Shown: positions 16,625 to 27,821 of the stretch, in pieces
Layout: every line of letters starts with the position of its first letter
Numbering within the stretch: the stretch's first letter is position 1
Assembly (NCBI GenBank): GCA_000996895.1
Contig: LCBB01000002.1
Coordinates: 27,596-91,595 of the forward strand
Source of the DNA: a candidate division WWE3 bacterium GW2011_GWC2_41_23
GTDB taxonomy: Bacteria; Patescibacteriota; WWE3; UBA101185; UBA10185
Reading direction: 5' to 3'
DNA length: 64,000 bases
The notes under the pieces: generated by a model
What the model was told of the DNA's origin: nothing
The model's database searches: none
What the model saw: the letters and a program-made list of their open reading frames with translations, nothing else
Translations under genes and position numbers: made by a program

Positions 16625-18745
16625 CTACTGTATAAGTATATTCCCTATGTATAAATTTCGGGTCTTTACTTTGTTGGACATACCGACAAAAACTCTATAA
16701 TCTCCGGGGTCCAAGAAAGAAGGGAAATTAACATTCAGATCTTCAATATAGTAGCGGTCCGAATCCCAGTCGGCAGGTTGAATTAGCGAGAAAGACGGAA
16801 GACTCGCAATTTCGTAAAGCTCTCCTGTCTTTTCATTCATAAAAGTCATATACATTACAAAACCGTTCAGAGAATCACTCGTTCTTTTGAAAAAGACAAG
16901 TCTAAAATTTTCGGCAACTCCCCTTGTAGCTTTTGCAGGGTAATTGTAGTCGGCAATTTCGGTTCCGAACAAAATATTATATTCATATTTTGCCGGATAA
17001 CTGAATTTTTCCTGCATCGGAAGCAAGTCGGTTTTTTCGTGAAAACCTACTTTCTTAAAAACAAATAAGTTTCCACACCCGGTCAACAGTTCATAATCCT
17101 TGCTTTTAATAATTTCGGCAGTAACATCCCGCACTAAACTTGTTTCAACATCTAAAATAGTCAGGATCTTGCGGGAAAAAACATCGACTATCACATAGTC
17201 AGCGCTGGTGTATAAGGCCGGAAATATTGCGTAGGTTTCCCTGAGCGATAGATGTGCTCCCAAGTAGTCGGGTCCTGTGACCGATGCCCCGTCAGGTATC
17301 AAACCGACGATCTTTGCGGCGCACGCAACGTCTTTGTTGTCCAAATCAGGAAGTTTAACCACTTCCCCCACCTTTAGTTTGCTTTTCCAGACAGCTTCCG
17401 GGTCCGATTCCGCTAACACTCTTTTTCGTATGGCCTGATCAATCCAGAGGTAAACCGGATTGTTAAAGGCGTAAGACGTGTGTATGCCGGAAATAACCAT
17501 AGCTACTCCGAAAAGTATCTGAACGCCTTTTATCACGCGGGGGCGTCTTTTTCTAAAATTCCCCAAAGCGTCGGCAATCATTCCGATGGCATAAATCGAA
17601 GATATAAAAAGAACCGGAATTATCATGGAAATTCTGTGGTTTGTTATCTCTGCCGTACCGACACCGTCAGCCGAAGTTAAATAATTTATTAAAAAGTCGG
17701 GAGCGGCTATAACTAGTATCTGAGGGTACGCTAATGGTAAAAATAAAACGGGGTCGAAAGTTTTTCTCAAATTATCAATCCTGTCTCCTCCGAAAAATAT
17801 TCTGATTGCTTTCCGATGGTCCAAAACCATTCCTATGAGGACGTCGGTATAGGATTCGCCAAAGGCATCATATCTGCTTAAAAAGTAGTTGGGTTTTGAC
17901 ACATCGCGTGTGGTGTCCCCCGCAATACCTATTTCACGGGCAAACTTGTTATACCCCATAACTCTATATTGAGAATATGCCGGAATTATTATAAAAAACG
18001 CGGTTACAAACCATACTGTAGCTACCACAAACATGGACAAAGCGAGCTTTCCTGTGATTGTCTGATAAAACTTTTTTCCTTCTTCTTTGAGCGGTCTGAA
18101 GAAAAGTATGAACAACGAATACATCACAACATATAAAGGGAGCTGTTCTTTTCCTGCCATCGTAATAACAAGAAGCACCCAAAATATAATTAAGTTTTTT
18201 TTGCTAAAGTTTTTCTCTTTGTACATTTTCTCGAAAACGTAGAATGCTCCGAAAAAGAAAGGAACTGCGGCCGTAACTCCGTGAAATCCCGTCCACGCGT
18301 TTAGATAACCTAAAGCCGGGTATAAAAGGTATGAGATGCCGATCATCGCTGAAGCAGCTTTTGAACCCAATCTCAAATAAGCTATTCTGTAGACCAAATA
18401 CGCTGCCAGGATGAGTATTACGAACTGTGAGACTACCAGCGTAAGCGGGTGTTGATACACCGCGAATAAAGGAAGAAATAATAATAGTATCGGGTCGACG
18501 TGACTCATCGCCCATCTGGGTAAGTTTGTTCCGAAATAATCGGTGAGATACATAAATCTCCCGTGCATGGTATTCCAAAGCATCTGGGACATATTACCGA
18601 GATCAAATTTTCCGAAATCAAAATTGTTGTAGCGGAAAACATTTATACGGAAATTTACGGCAATATTTATCACAACAAATGCCGTGAGTATTAATATAAA
18701 TCTGTTTTCCCTAATAAACTTTATGATTTTCATCTTAACCGTCAA
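16625..18745 (-). CDS. large polytopic membrane protein, DUF2079-like, with a soluble C-terminal domain
   Basis: N-terminal FDLGNMSQMLWNTMHG...HVDPILLLFLPLFAVYQHP resembles the DUF2079 signature. Family call is from memory. 706 aa. Confidence 0.45.
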   Translation of the reverse strand: MTVKMKIIKFIRENRFILILTAFVVINIAVNFRINVFRYNNFDFGKFDLGNMSQMLWNTMHGRFMYLTDYFGTNLPRWAMSHVDPILLLFLPLFAVYQHPLTLVVSQFVILILAAYLVYRIAYLRLGSKAASAMIGISYLLYPALGYLNAWTGFHGVTAAVPFFFGAFYVFEKMYKEKNFSKKNLIIFWVLLVITMAGKEQLPLYVVMYSLFILFFRPLKEEGKKFYQTITGKLALSMFVVATVWFVTAFFIIIPAYSQYRVMGYNKFAREIGIAGDTTRDVSKPNYFLSRYDAFGESYTDVLIGMVLDHRKAIRIFFGGDRIDNLRKTFDPVLFLPLAYPQILVIAAPDFLINYLTSADGVGTAEITNHRISMIIPVLFISSIYAIGMIADALGNFRKRRPRVIKGVQILFGVAMVISGIHTSYAFNNPVYLWIDQAIRKRVLAESDPEAVWKSKLKVGEVVKLPDLDNKDVACAAKIVGLIPDGASVTGPDYLGAHLSLRETYAIFPALYTSADYVIVDVFSRKILTILDVETSLVRDVTAEIIKSKDYELLTGCGNLFVFKKVGFHEKTDLLPMQEKFSYPAKYEYNILFGTEIADYNYPAKATRGVAENFRLVFFKRTSDSLNGFVMYMTFMNEKTGELYEIASLPSFSLIQPADWDSDRYYIEDLNVNFPSFLDPGDYRVFVGMSNKVKTRNLYIGNILIQ

Positions 18746-19428
18746 TCCATAAATCTATATTTTATGAGTGTGAACAAAGCGTGTATTCCGTCCCGCCAGG
18801 TTATTTTTTTACCCTCGTTGTGAGTGCGCCCTCTGTATGAGATCGGAACTTCCCGTATCTTTAAACCCGACTTCAGTATTTTTGCCGTTATTTCAGGTTC
18901 AAAATCGAATCTTTCGGATTTTATATTTACATTTCTGACAAAATCTCCCGGCATTAGTTTGTAACAAGTCTCCATGTCGGTCAGCATTACACCGAAAAAA
19001 ATGTTTGTAATTAATGTCAGTATTTTGTTACCGAAGTAATGAAGAGTGGACATGTCCTCGTAGCTCCCTGAAAATCTACTTCCGTAGATTACTTGAGCTT
19101 TATGCTCGTCTAAGGCACGGATAAGTTTCAGGTAATCATTGGGGTCGTACTCAAGATCGGCGTCCTGCACAATTACATAATCACCGATCGTATGTTCAAA
19201 CCCAACCTTTAGAGCGTGCCCTTTTCCCCTGTTCTTCTCCTTATAATAAAAATGGACATCGGGATGGATCAATTCAAGTCCCTTTAAAATATCAATCGTA
19301 CCGTCGGTAGAAGCGTCATCTACCACGATTATTTCCTTATCCAAGCCCTGCACAGCTTTGATTTCGTTCAAAATTTTCTCTATCGTGTTTTTTTCGTTGT
19401 ACACGGGAACAACAATAGATAGCTTCAT
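18742..19428 (-). CDS. polyprenol-phosphate sugar synthase (DPM1/GtrB-like GT2)
   Basis: LSIVVPVYNEKNTIEKIL...IIVVDDASTDGT and VQDADLEYDP. 228 aa, soluble. Confidence 0.8.
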   Translation of the reverse strand: MKLSIVVPVYNEKNTIEKILNEIKAVQGLDKEIIVVDDASTDGTIDILKGLELIHPDVHFYYKEKNRGKGHALKVGFEHTIGDYVIVQDADLEYDPNDYLKLIRALDEHKAQVIYGSRFSGSYEDMSTLHYFGNKILTLITNIFFGVMLTDMETCYKLMPGDFVRNVNIKSERFDFEPEITAKILKSGLKIREVPISYRGRTHNEGKKITWRDGIHALFTLIKYRFMD

Positions 19429-19430
19429 AT

Positions 19431-20942
19431 TTAATCCTTCCGTTCAAACTTTACTATCTTTGCAAAAAACTCCGCACCGTTTACATTATAACCAAAATCT
19501 TTCACAGGTTTCAGGTAGGGTCTGGATTCCAAGTCGAGCTCCATTGTGGTGTTGTGCTCGTTCGTGATTAAAAAGTAATCGGCTCCGGTCGATAGTAAGG
19601 CCTCGTAAGTTAAGTTTTTCTTGCTTTCAGTGTTGTAATAAAAGCCTGAAACTTTCGGCGTATCCAGAACATTTAGATAGAAATCGGAAATACTGCTCAC
19701 GTCGTTGTAGGCAATCTTACCCTCAAGATTTTTCGATGCATATTCTGCCGCATTTTTTACTGAGATAAATATATCTTTGTGCAGTTTAATTACCGAACCG
19801 GACCAGAGTGACATGATTATTGCCAACGATACTACCGAAAGCCAAAATTTCTTTTTTACTATAAAAAAGACAACGGCCACCTGTAACACAAATAAAACAC
19901 CCAACAACACTTTGTCTAAAACAAGAAATTGAAGTTTCAGAAAAAACTGAGATCCTGCATACAATAACAGTAAGGACGCCGCAGTTAAGTAGATTTTTTT
20001 ATTTTCTTTTCCGTTTTCCCACCATTTTTCCAAACTCAAAGTTAATATAAGGATTAACAGAGGAACGACAGCGACAAACAATCTGGGTATCGCTGCCGGC
20101 CACAAAAGTATTAATAAAAGTTCCAGGAGTAGAAATATGGAAACGTGGAGATTGTTTGTAATAAATTTCCACACATCTTTTCTAATAAACGAAAAAGCCG
20201 GGACAAAGCCGTAAATCGCTAACAAACTCGCTATATAAATCCAGATTATTTTTAAGTCGTAAGCACGGCCCGCAGGTTCCTCCAAATATTCAGATGAGAA
20301 CGGGCTTCGGTACAAAAGCCAGGGCAGAACAACAACCAGGACCCCTAGTCCGTAATAAACATAAATTTTGAGCTTTTTTCTGTGTTCGATAAACAAAGAT
20401 AAAAACAAAGAACCCGCCAGAATATATCCTTCGAATCTGGTGAGAATAGAAAATCCGGCAACAATACCGAGAATAAATAATCGTTTAAAACTCCAACTGT
20501 CCTTCCATTTTTTATATAAATAAATTGCGAGGAGAGCTAAAAGCGCAAAAGGAACATCCGCCATTACTCTTATCGACCAATATAGAAAATCCGGATTAAA
20601 TAAAAGGAGAAGCATTCCCAGAAAAACAAAACGTTCGTCTTTTATAAATTGTCCCAAAAATTTTCCGAACAAAAACATTCCCGCCAAACCGGCTACGAAC
20701 ATAAATCCTCTTGCCCACATTACGGAGTTCACGGATTCAGGTCTGACAGCTAAAACAATCGAGTACAAAGGAGGTCTTTTTTCATCTTCGGGATAACTTC
20801 CGTCTCTGATAAATTCAGAAGCTCTGAGTATTCTATACGAATCCCCCCACTCCGCCGTGTTCGCGTTCAGCAAAAGAAAATGCACGAGTATGAACAAAAC
20901 GTAGGGTAGGTACTTAAATATAGTTTTTGATTGCAAAGTCAT
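19431..20942 (-). CDS. GT-C glycosyltransferase (ArnT/PMT-like, family 39/83)
   Basis: First-loop YPEDEKRPPLYS motif. Polytopic, 503 aa. Confidence 0.6.
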   Translation of the reverse strand: MTLQSKTIFKYLPYVLFILVHFLLLNANTAEWGDSYRILRASEFIRDGSYPEDEKRPPLYSIVLAVRPESVNSVMWARGFMFVAGLAGMFLFGKFLGQFIKDERFVFLGMLLLLFNPDFLYWSIRVMADVPFALLALLAIYLYKKWKDSWSFKRLFILGIVAGFSILTRFEGYILAGSLFLSLFIEHRKKLKIYVYYGLGVLVVVLPWLLYRSPFSSEYLEEPAGRAYDLKIIWIYIASLLAIYGFVPAFSFIRKDVWKFITNNLHVSIFLLLELLLILLWPAAIPRLFVAVVPLLILILTLSLEKWWENGKENKKIYLTAASLLLLYAGSQFFLKLQFLVLDKVLLGVLFVLQVAVVFFIVKKKFWLSVVSLAIIMSLWSGSVIKLHKDIFISVKNAAEYASKNLEGKIAYNDVSSISDFYLNVLDTPKVSGFYYNTESKKNLTYEALLSTGADYFLITNEHNTTMELDLESRPYLKPVKDFGYNVNGAEFFAKIVKFERKD

Positions 20943-22107
20943 ATATCCCGTCTATTCCTTCTATTTTTGTATTCCACGAATGTTTGGATCTAATGAGTTG
21001 AACATCGACGTCTCTTGGTGTGCCGGTAATTTCCAGAATTTTATTGGCGATTGTCTGCGGTTCCAGATTTTCGAGATAAAACACTCCTCTTATGTCCTCA
21101 CTGATTTTGAAACCGGAAACCAAACAGGGAATACCGCACGACAGTCCCTGCATAACAGCTTTGGGTAATCCCTCCCAGGATGATGGCAAAACAAATATAT
21201 CAGACACCTGATACGCGATGGGCACATGAGGATAAGGAGTATAACCGGTCTTTATTACTCGGTGCTCAACTTTTTTCAATTTCATCTGCTCATTAAGTTT
21301 TTCTAAGTATGTGGGATCGCCTGTACCTGAAAGAAGAAGTTTATAATCCTCCGGTAATAATGCGAGAGCGTCAATCAACAGGTGTATATTTTTTCTCTCG
21401 TTCATCACTCCGTGGTTAAGTATTACCTTGTCGAATCTGTCGAAACCGATTTCCTTACGGGATTTTTCTTTTTCTTCTTCGCCCACGGGCACAAACATTT
21501 CTGTGTTTACACCGGTCTCGATTAAGAAACATTTTGCCGGATTTGCACCGTAATATTCCTGCGCTTCCTTAACATTGTCCGCGCTAACAAAGACACACGC
21601 AGACGCAGCTTTTACAGCCATCTTGTCTGAGAAAACTGCCATCGGCCAACCCAACATTCTGGACATGGTTTTAATGGGTTTTCCTTGCTTTATAAAAGTC
21701 TCCCACCTGCCTTTCGCCGTGTTGTGAAAGTGTACTACTAAAGGTATTTTAAGTTCCTGAGACCACGGAAGATGCCTTTTTAAAAACACTCTATATGCGT
21801 AGAGCCACACAGCAAAGTGTCCGTGACAGTGAATAACATCGGGTTTATTTGTTTTTCTGTATTTTAAATAGCGGAAAAAAAGGACGACGCTGCTGGTAAA
21901 AAAAATGGTATTGGGGTACGGTTCGCGGTTTATTGCGTTTATTTCCAAACCATCAAGTTTTATGGGGCCGCCTGAGTTTGTCCACTGTCCGCAAAACAAT
22001 GTTACTTTATGCCCCTGCTTAAGTTGGGCAGCCGTGATTTCATATGGATGGGGAGCCAATCCCTGCCACGGATTCGGCCAATCGTAAACTATTCTTAAAA
22101 TATTCAT
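20914..22107 (-). CDS. glycosyltransferase family 4
   Basis: EGLPKAVMQGLSCGIPCLVS motif (E-x7-E region) of the GT-B/GT4 fold. Confidence 0.8.
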   Translation of the reverse strand: MNILRIVYDWPNPWQGLAPHPYEITAAQLKQGHKVTLFCGQWTNSGGPIKLDGLEINAINREPYPNTIFFTSSVVLFFRYLKYRKTNKPDVIHCHGHFAVWLYAYRVFLKRHLPWSQELKIPLVVHFHNTAKGRWETFIKQGKPIKTMSRMLGWPMAVFSDKMAVKAASACVFVSADNVKEAQEYYGANPAKCFLIETGVNTEMFVPVGEEEKEKSRKEIGFDRFDKVILNHGVMNERKNIHLLIDALALLPEDYKLLLSGTGDPTYLEKLNEQMKLKKVEHRVIKTGYTPYPHVPIAYQVSDIFVLPSSWEGLPKAVMQGLSCGIPCLVSGFKISEDIRGVFYLENLEPQTIANKILEITGTPRDVDVQLIRSKHSWNTKIEGIDGIYDFAIKNYI

Positions 22108-23297
22108 ACTTTTAATTCCTTAAATATCTCCTCATAAGAGTCTAACATCTTATCAAGGGTAAATCTCCCCATTGCCTCATTTACGGCGTTAACACCCATC
22201 CTCCGTGCCAAATCCGGGTTATCTTTCAATTCGTTTAACTTACTCCTGAATACGAAGAATTTACCGGGATTTACAAGATACCCCGTTTCTCCGTCTGTCA
22301 CGGCATCGGAAACCCCGCCCAAATTAAAGGCTACAATGGGAAGCTGTCCGAACATAGCTTCAACCAGAACCATCGGAAATCCTTCCAAACGTGAAGTCGG
22401 AAAAACAAAAGCATCAAATCTCGCGGGGTTATACATCCGCAATACCTCGGCGTAATCGAGCTTGCCCCTCAATGTTATTCTTCCTCCGCTTTTTCCCGAA
22501 ATAACGCCCAGCTCTTCCTGCAAATCCCCGGAACCTACAATATCCAAAGTAAAATCTTTCATATCTTCGCGGACAATTATTTCAGCGAGCTTCCCGATAC
22601 CTTTTGAGCGGATGAGTTGACCCACATACAGTAAACGGAATTTTCCGACGGCTCCTCTATCGCTTTCAACTGTTTCAACCTGCAAAGGTTTTATCCCGTT
22701 ATTTATAACCCTAACTTTGGCATCCTCGACAAACGTTTCATCAATCAAGGCTCTCTTTACAAAATTAGACACCGCCACAATTACACTGGAACCGTGAACA
22801 AATTCTCTTTGTACGGTAAAGAAATTTTTCAAAACATGCGGAAGGTCAAGAACAGCTTTTAATAAGCCTTTGATCGACGGGTCACTCTTAAACTTCGTTT
22901 GGAGCTCCCCGATCTTTGTTCCGTGCGAAATAGAAATTATGGGCAAACCGAATTCTTCCTTATTTCTGATTACACCCACTGCCCCCGAACTCTGCCCAAC
23001 GATTAACTCGAACTTTTCCTCCGGCTGTAATTCACGGAATACTTCGTACGATTTCTCAACCCAGCTGTCTTTTTTTGAAACTGTCACCGAACTATAATGA
23101 GCCTTTTTGCACTCAACAAAAATGTATTTGACTCCGTTTTCAATTGCCAGTTCTTTTTCTTTTATAATTCGGGGAGTAAACACCGTAACTTTGTGTCCGC
23201 GTAAAGCCAGCCCCTCGCATAAAAGCTTATTCTGAGTTTCCAGTCCTCCGTAAGAACCGCTGAAAGTCGTGGATTTAATAAATACGGCAATCTTCAT
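22104..23297 (-). CDS. glycosyltransferase family 4
   Basis: EGFPMVLVEAMFGQLPIVAFNLGGVSDAVTDGETGYLV. Confidence 0.85.
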   Translation of the reverse strand: MKIAVFIKSTTFSGSYGGLETQNKLLCEGLALRGHKVTVFTPRIIKEKELAIENGVKYIFVECKKAHYSSVTVSKKDSWVEKSYEVFRELQPEEKFELIVGQSSGAVGVIRNKEEFGLPIISISHGTKIGELQTKFKSDPSIKGLLKAVLDLPHVLKNFFTVQREFVHGSSVIVAVSNFVKRALIDETFVEDAKVRVINNGIKPLQVETVESDRGAVGKFRLLYVGQLIRSKGIGKLAEIIVREDMKDFTLDIVGSGDLQEELGVISGKSGGRITLRGKLDYAEVLRMYNPARFDAFVFPTSRLEGFPMVLVEAMFGQLPIVAFNLGGVSDAVTDGETGYLVNPGKFFVFRSKLNELKDNPDLARRMGVNAVNEAMGRFTLDKMLDSYEEIFKELKV

Positions 23298-24515
23298 TTA
23301 AATAGACTCCTTTATAATAAGATCTTCCATATGGGCAACATTTACTTCTATGTTAAATTCTGCAGTAACTTTCCCGTACGCTTCTTCCGCCAACCTACCG
23401 GCAAGTTCCTTATTATTCAAAATACTTTTCAGACTCTCAGCCAAAGCAACCGGATTCCTTTGAGGAACTACAAGCCCGCTCACTCCGTTCTCAAGAAATT
23501 CCTTAGTACTTCCTGAATCCGTGGCCACAATGGGTAAACGCGAAGCTGCTGCCTCTAACAAGACATTTGCTATACCGTCGGCGTCACCTTCTTCGGTGTT
23601 TATGCCTGAAAACACAAAAACATCACTTTCAGAGTAATATCTTTGGGTTTCGGAAAACGGAAGGCCGGTGCCCCCACCTAATATTTCAATTTGTTCCGAC
23701 AATCCTAAGGCTCCGATTTGCTCACTAAGTTCTCCGTACAAACTTCCCGGACCGATGATAAGCATTTTGAATTCCACACCGTCGTCATGAAGAATTTTTG
23801 CTGCTTCCAGTAAATATTTTTGACCCTTCTTTTCTTCGAGACGCCCGATGTTTAGTATTAAAGGGATTTTAGCGGTATGTTCCGATCTCCCGAACTTTGA
23901 TGTGTCTAACCCATGATATTTCAACAGAATTTTGTGAGAGTAGTCAGAACCAACTGCCCCGACACAACTCTCGTGTGCGTGTTTATTGCATATCAAAACA
24001 AATGCTGCGTTCTCCGACTTTTCTTTCATACAATGGGGGTTTACCGTCACATCCTTAGCGTGAGCGGAAATTGCGTAGGGAACGCCGAGCACAAGCGCGG
24101 CCACCATTACAATAGTGCTGGACTCGCTCATAAAGTGAGCAATTATAAAGTTAGGTTTAAACGGGGAAAATATCTGCGCGTATCCCATTCCTTTGAGCAA
24201 AGTGTAATACTGACGAATTTTGGGCATATGACACGAATTTAAAGTATCCAAAGCCTTGGAAATATTTGTGCCGGAAGTAAAAAAATACCTCAGCGAGAAT
24301 AAAACATCCGGAAGGGAAAGTCTTCTATACCTAACCAGGGGTTTGAGAACAGGACTGAACTCACCCGAACCTTTCAATAAAGACATTATCAAAAGATCCA
24401 GGTTTCCTCTTTCGGCTATTTTAGCGAGCTCACGTTCGATGAAAGTTTCCGTCAGCACCGGAAATTCCGGTACAAATACAAGAAGCCTCTTTTTAGTGCT
24501 GCCCGGTTGAACCAT
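23298..24515 (-). CDS. glycosyltransferase family 4
   Basis: DADGIANVLLEAAASRLPIVATDSGSTKEFLENGVSGLVV. Confidence 0.8.
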   Translation of the reverse strand: MVQPGSTKKRLLVFVPEFPVLTETFIERELAKIAERGNLDLLIMSLLKGSGEFSPVLKPLVRYRRLSLPDVLFSLRYFFTSGTNISKALDTLNSCHMPKIRQYYTLLKGMGYAQIFSPFKPNFIIAHFMSESSTIVMVAALVLGVPYAISAHAKDVTVNPHCMKEKSENAAFVLICNKHAHESCVGAVGSDYSHKILLKYHGLDTSKFGRSEHTAKIPLILNIGRLEEKKGQKYLLEAAKILHDDGVEFKMLIIGPGSLYGELSEQIGALGLSEQIEILGGGTGLPFSETQRYYSESDVFVFSGINTEEGDADGIANVLLEAAASRLPIVATDSGSTKEFLENGVSGLVVPQRNPVALAESLKSILNNKELAGRLAEEAYGKVTAEFNIEVNVAHMEDLIIKESI

Positions 24516-25878
24516 TGGTGTTAAGTAGTACTGTTTGATACAGATTCCTTGTATCTATTTTAACCATACCGTTAGTCCTTTTACCAACAGCAAAATATGT
24601 AAAGCCCGCGTCTTCAACCTTTTTTCGGTCAAGAAGATTTCTTCCGTCGAAAATAACCGGCGATTTTAGTAGTGACTTCACTTTATCTAACTCGACGGTG
24701 GCAAATTCTTTCCACTCAGTAAGCACGAACAAAGCATCGGCTTCCTGCATAGTTTCATACTTGTCTAAACAATACTCGACATTTACAGAACCTAGCACTT
24801 GTTTGGCGTTATACATTGCCTCAGGATCATAAACTTTAAGGGTTGCGCCCAAACCACGTAATTTTTTACACAGTTCAATTGAGACCGAGTCTCTTATATC
24901 ATCGGTGTTTCCCTTAAAAGCCAATCCCAATATTGCAAATGTTCTTCCGGAAAGATTTTTACCAAAATGTCTGAGTACTTTATTCATGAAGTTCTCTCTT
25001 TGAGCTATGTTAACTTCCATAACGCTTCTTAAAAGCTTAAAGTCGTAGTCCTGATCGGTTGAAGTTTTGTACAAAGCGGCAACATCTTTCGGAAAACAGC
25101 TTCCGCCGTATCCGATACCTGCGTTAAGAAATGCCGCACCCACTCTTTTGTCCAAACCCATACCTTTTGCCACTACCGAAACATCCGCTCCGGCTCTCTC
25201 ACAGATTTGAGCAATTTCATTAATGAAAGAGATCTTGGCTGCCAAAAATCCGTTTGAAGCGTATTTAATCATTTCTGATGATCTGAGATCACACTCAACA
25301 ATGGGGGCGTTCAGGTGTTCATAAAGCCTTCTCATAACTGAATGGGCTTTCTCTGTCTCGGCACCAATAACTGTTCTGTCTGGCTTAGCCATATCTTCAA
25401 CTGAAGAACCTTCCCGTAAAAATTCGGGGTTGGACGCAACATCAAATTCTAACTGTGAGTTCGGAAGATTCTCTCTGATAATCATTTTTACTTTTTCGTT
25501 AGTTCCTACCGGAACTGTGCTTTTTGTAACAATGACTTTATAACCGTTCATGCTCTTTCCGATATCTTTTGCAACTTCCCACACTTGTGAGAGATCTGCA
25601 GCACCTGTATCGCTTTGAGGTGTACCGACGCAAATGAAAACAATTTCAGCGTCCTTAATACCATCAGCAATAGAAGTTGTGAACGAAAGTCTATTCTGTG
25701 CAATATTTCTTAAAACTATCTCAGATAGACCGGGTTCATAAATAGGCATTTCGCCTTTTTTAATTCTATCTATCTTTTCGGTGTCTATATCAACACCAAC
25801 AACATCATTACCCCAATCGGAAAAAATTGCTGCACCGACCAAACCTACATAACCTGTACCTATTACGCATAGTTTCAT
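24493..25878 (-). CDS. ugd: UDP-glucose 6-dehydrogenase (nucleotide-sugar dehydrogenase)
   Basis: N-terminal VIGTGYVGLV NAD fold and the catalytic GYGGSCFPKDV motif. Confidence 0.9.
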   Translation of the reverse strand: MKLCVIGTGYVGLVGAAIFSDWGNDVVGVDIDTEKIDRIKKGEMPIYEPGLSEIVLRNIAQNRLSFTTSIADGIKDAEIVFICVGTPQSDTGAADLSQVWEVAKDIGKSMNGYKVIVTKSTVPVGTNEKVKMIIRENLPNSQLEFDVASNPEFLREGSSVEDMAKPDRTVIGAETEKAHSVMRRLYEHLNAPIVECDLRSSEMIKYASNGFLAAKISFINEIAQICERAGADVSVVAKGMGLDKRVGAAFLNAGIGYGGSCFPKDVAALYKTSTDQDYDFKLLRSVMEVNIAQRENFMNKVLRHFGKNLSGRTFAILGLAFKGNTDDIRDSVSIELCKKLRGLGATLKVYDPEAMYNAKQVLGSVNVEYCLDKYETMQEADALFVLTEWKEFATVELDKVKSLLKSPVIFDGRNLLDRKKVEDAGFTYFAVGKRTNGMVKIDTRNLYQTVLLNTNGSTGQH

Positions 25879-25929
25879 AGTTTATAAATTTCACCCCGAA
25901 ATATATACTTTATGACTTTATGAGGGGCG

Positions 25930-26688
25930 TTACTTGGCAGTGTTGTAAAGGCCCATAATATCGTGCAGCCTTATCTTCAAGACGTCAAATCCCATCTTAA
26001 TGGAGTCACGTACGGGGCTTACCCGCGTGGTCTTAACGTGTGTCCAGACTATCGGAACTTGTTTGACATTATACCCTAGTTTCTTGGCTAAGTACAAAAC
26101 CTCCACATCCCATGCTCCGGTGTACGGTTTGTCCAATTCCTTGGTGTTTTTACCGTAAACTTTCATTCTCCCGAAGATATCCTTAGCTACAGTACCCTTG
26201 AAGAGCTTAAAACCGCACTGGCTGTCTCTTATTCCGGGCAAAGCTACAATTTGTATCATGAGATTAAACGCTCTTCCCATCGCGTGTCTGTAAAAAGGTT
26301 CTCCCACCCTTTCCGCACCAATTCCTTCTCTCGAAGCGATAGCAATATCAAAATTCTGATCGGTAACCCATACGGCCAATTTTTTTAATTCCGTCATAGG
26401 AGCTGAAAGATCGGCGTCGGCCATGTATACCAAATTTCCGACCGCCGCATTCATCCCGGTTAAAACCGCGAACCCTTTTCCTTTATGAGGATTTCTAATC
26501 ACTCTGACCTCGGGATTTTCCACGGAGTACTCTTCTACTATGGAAGCTGTGGCGTCTTTACTACCATCATCAATGACAATAATTTCAAAACTTTGACAAA
26601 ACGTTCTCATAAAGTTCACAGCCTGCGTTAAAGATGATGATATTTTGTCCGCTTCATTGTACGCGGGGATTACTACCGAATAATCCAT
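25930..26688 (-). CDS. polyprenol-phosphate sugar synthase-like GT2
   Basis: YSVVIPAYNEADKI...FEIIVIDDGSKDAT and ADADLSAP. Confidence 0.8.
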   Translation of the reverse strand: MDYSVVIPAYNEADKISSSLTQAVNFMRTFCQSFEIIVIDDGSKDATASIVEEYSVENPEVRVIRNPHKGKGFAVLTGMNAAVGNLVYMADADLSAPMTELKKLAVWVTDQNFDIAIASREGIGAERVGEPFYRHAMGRAFNLMIQIVALPGIRDSQCGFKLFKGTVAKDIFGRMKVYGKNTKELDKPYTGAWDVEVLYLAKKLGYNVKQVPIVWTHVKTTRVSPVRDSIKMGFDVLKIRLHDIMGLYNTAK

Positions 26689-26694
26689 ATATTG

Positions 26695-27819
26695 TTACCT
26701 TTTATTAACCTTCCAAATTATTTTACTATAAACTGTGAAATTCCATATCAACCCGAAAATTATACCAATTAAAAAGGCTGTGTTTGAAACGAGAGCTGTA
26801 TCTCCGAACGTGCTAACGGAAAATCCTACAAGTCTTGAACGGACCGCTATAGGTATAAAGGAAGATACGATGTACAAAATAAATCCCAGCACTTTCTTTT
26901 GTACCCCGTCGATTTTTCTTTCCCCGAACGACCAATAGTTATTCAATAAAAAGGTCACTATCATGGCTACAAAACCCGAAGCCACGGCAGAATCACGTGA
27001 GCTCAATACACTAATTCTGAAAATATTGAACAGCCCGGCGTCAACTATAAATCCTATTCCGCCGACTACGAGAAATCTTACAAAGTTTTTATTCTCGTTG
27101 TACCTAAGGGTAACGACAACTCTCAAAGAATCCCGCAAATTATTTTTTTCCATTTTTGAATCACCGCGGTCACGTAATCCGAATTTTATCGGAACTTCTT
27201 TTATTTTTGCGCCCAATCTGTGCATTTTGAACAGAAGGTCAATTTTGTATGCAAACCCCTGCGACAATATTGCTTCCAGAGGCAACTTATCTACAAATCC
27301 TTTTACGCGCGACGCTTTAAAACCTGAAGTGAAATCATTAACATCAAAGATTCCCAGAACAATTTTTGAAAAAATGTTTCCGCCTACACTGAAAAATTTA
27401 CGCTTAAACGCCCATTCATCCGGAATGCTCCCGCCCTTTGTAAACCTCGAACCAATAACATAGTCGTAACCGTTATCTATCTCATCGACAATTCTGACTA
27501 CGTCTTTCGGGTCGTGCTGAAAATCCGCATCCATTTCAACAATAACATCCGCTTTTAGTTCATTCATGGCTTCTTTGAACCCATAAACATACGCGGCTCC
27601 CAGGCCCGCTTTGACTTTTTCCATCAGCAAATGAATATTCGGATTGTTTTTCATTTTTTCACGTACTACTTCCGCGGTGCCATCGGGTGAATTTCCCTCG
27701 ACCACAAGAATATGGAAATCGTGTTGAGATCTTTTTAAAAATTCCTGCTGAAGAACATCTGCAAGCCTTCCGATATTATCTGCTTCGTTATAAGTAGGTA
27801 TTACAATAACTATTTTCAT
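26695..27819 (-). CDS. GT2 (DPM-synthase-like) fused to a C-terminal GtrA-like membrane domain
   Basis: Start moved to the internal MKIVIVIPTYNEADNI. The 27936 start would overlap the upstream gene. EMDADFQHDP motif. C-terminal FLVVGGIGFIVDAGLFN matches the GtrA family. Confidence 0.8.
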   Translation of the reverse strand: MKIVIVIPTYNEADNIGRLADVLQQEFLKRSQHDFHILVVEGNSPDGTAEVVREKMKNNPNIHLLMEKVKAGLGAAYVYGFKEAMNELKADVIVEMDADFQHDPKDVVRIVDEIDNGYDYVIGSRFTKGGSIPDEWAFKRKFFSVGGNIFSKIVLGIFDVNDFTSGFKASRVKGFVDKLPLEAILSQGFAYKIDLLFKMHRLGAKIKEVPIKFGLRDRGDSKMEKNNLRDSLRVVVTLRYNENKNFVRFLVVGGIGFIVDAGLFNIFRISVLSSRDSAVASGFVAMIVTFLLNNYWSFGERKIDGVQKKVLGFILYIVSSFIPIAVRSRLVGFSVSTFGDTALVSNTAFLIGIIFGLIWNFTVYSKIIWKVNKR

Positions 27820-27821
27820 AT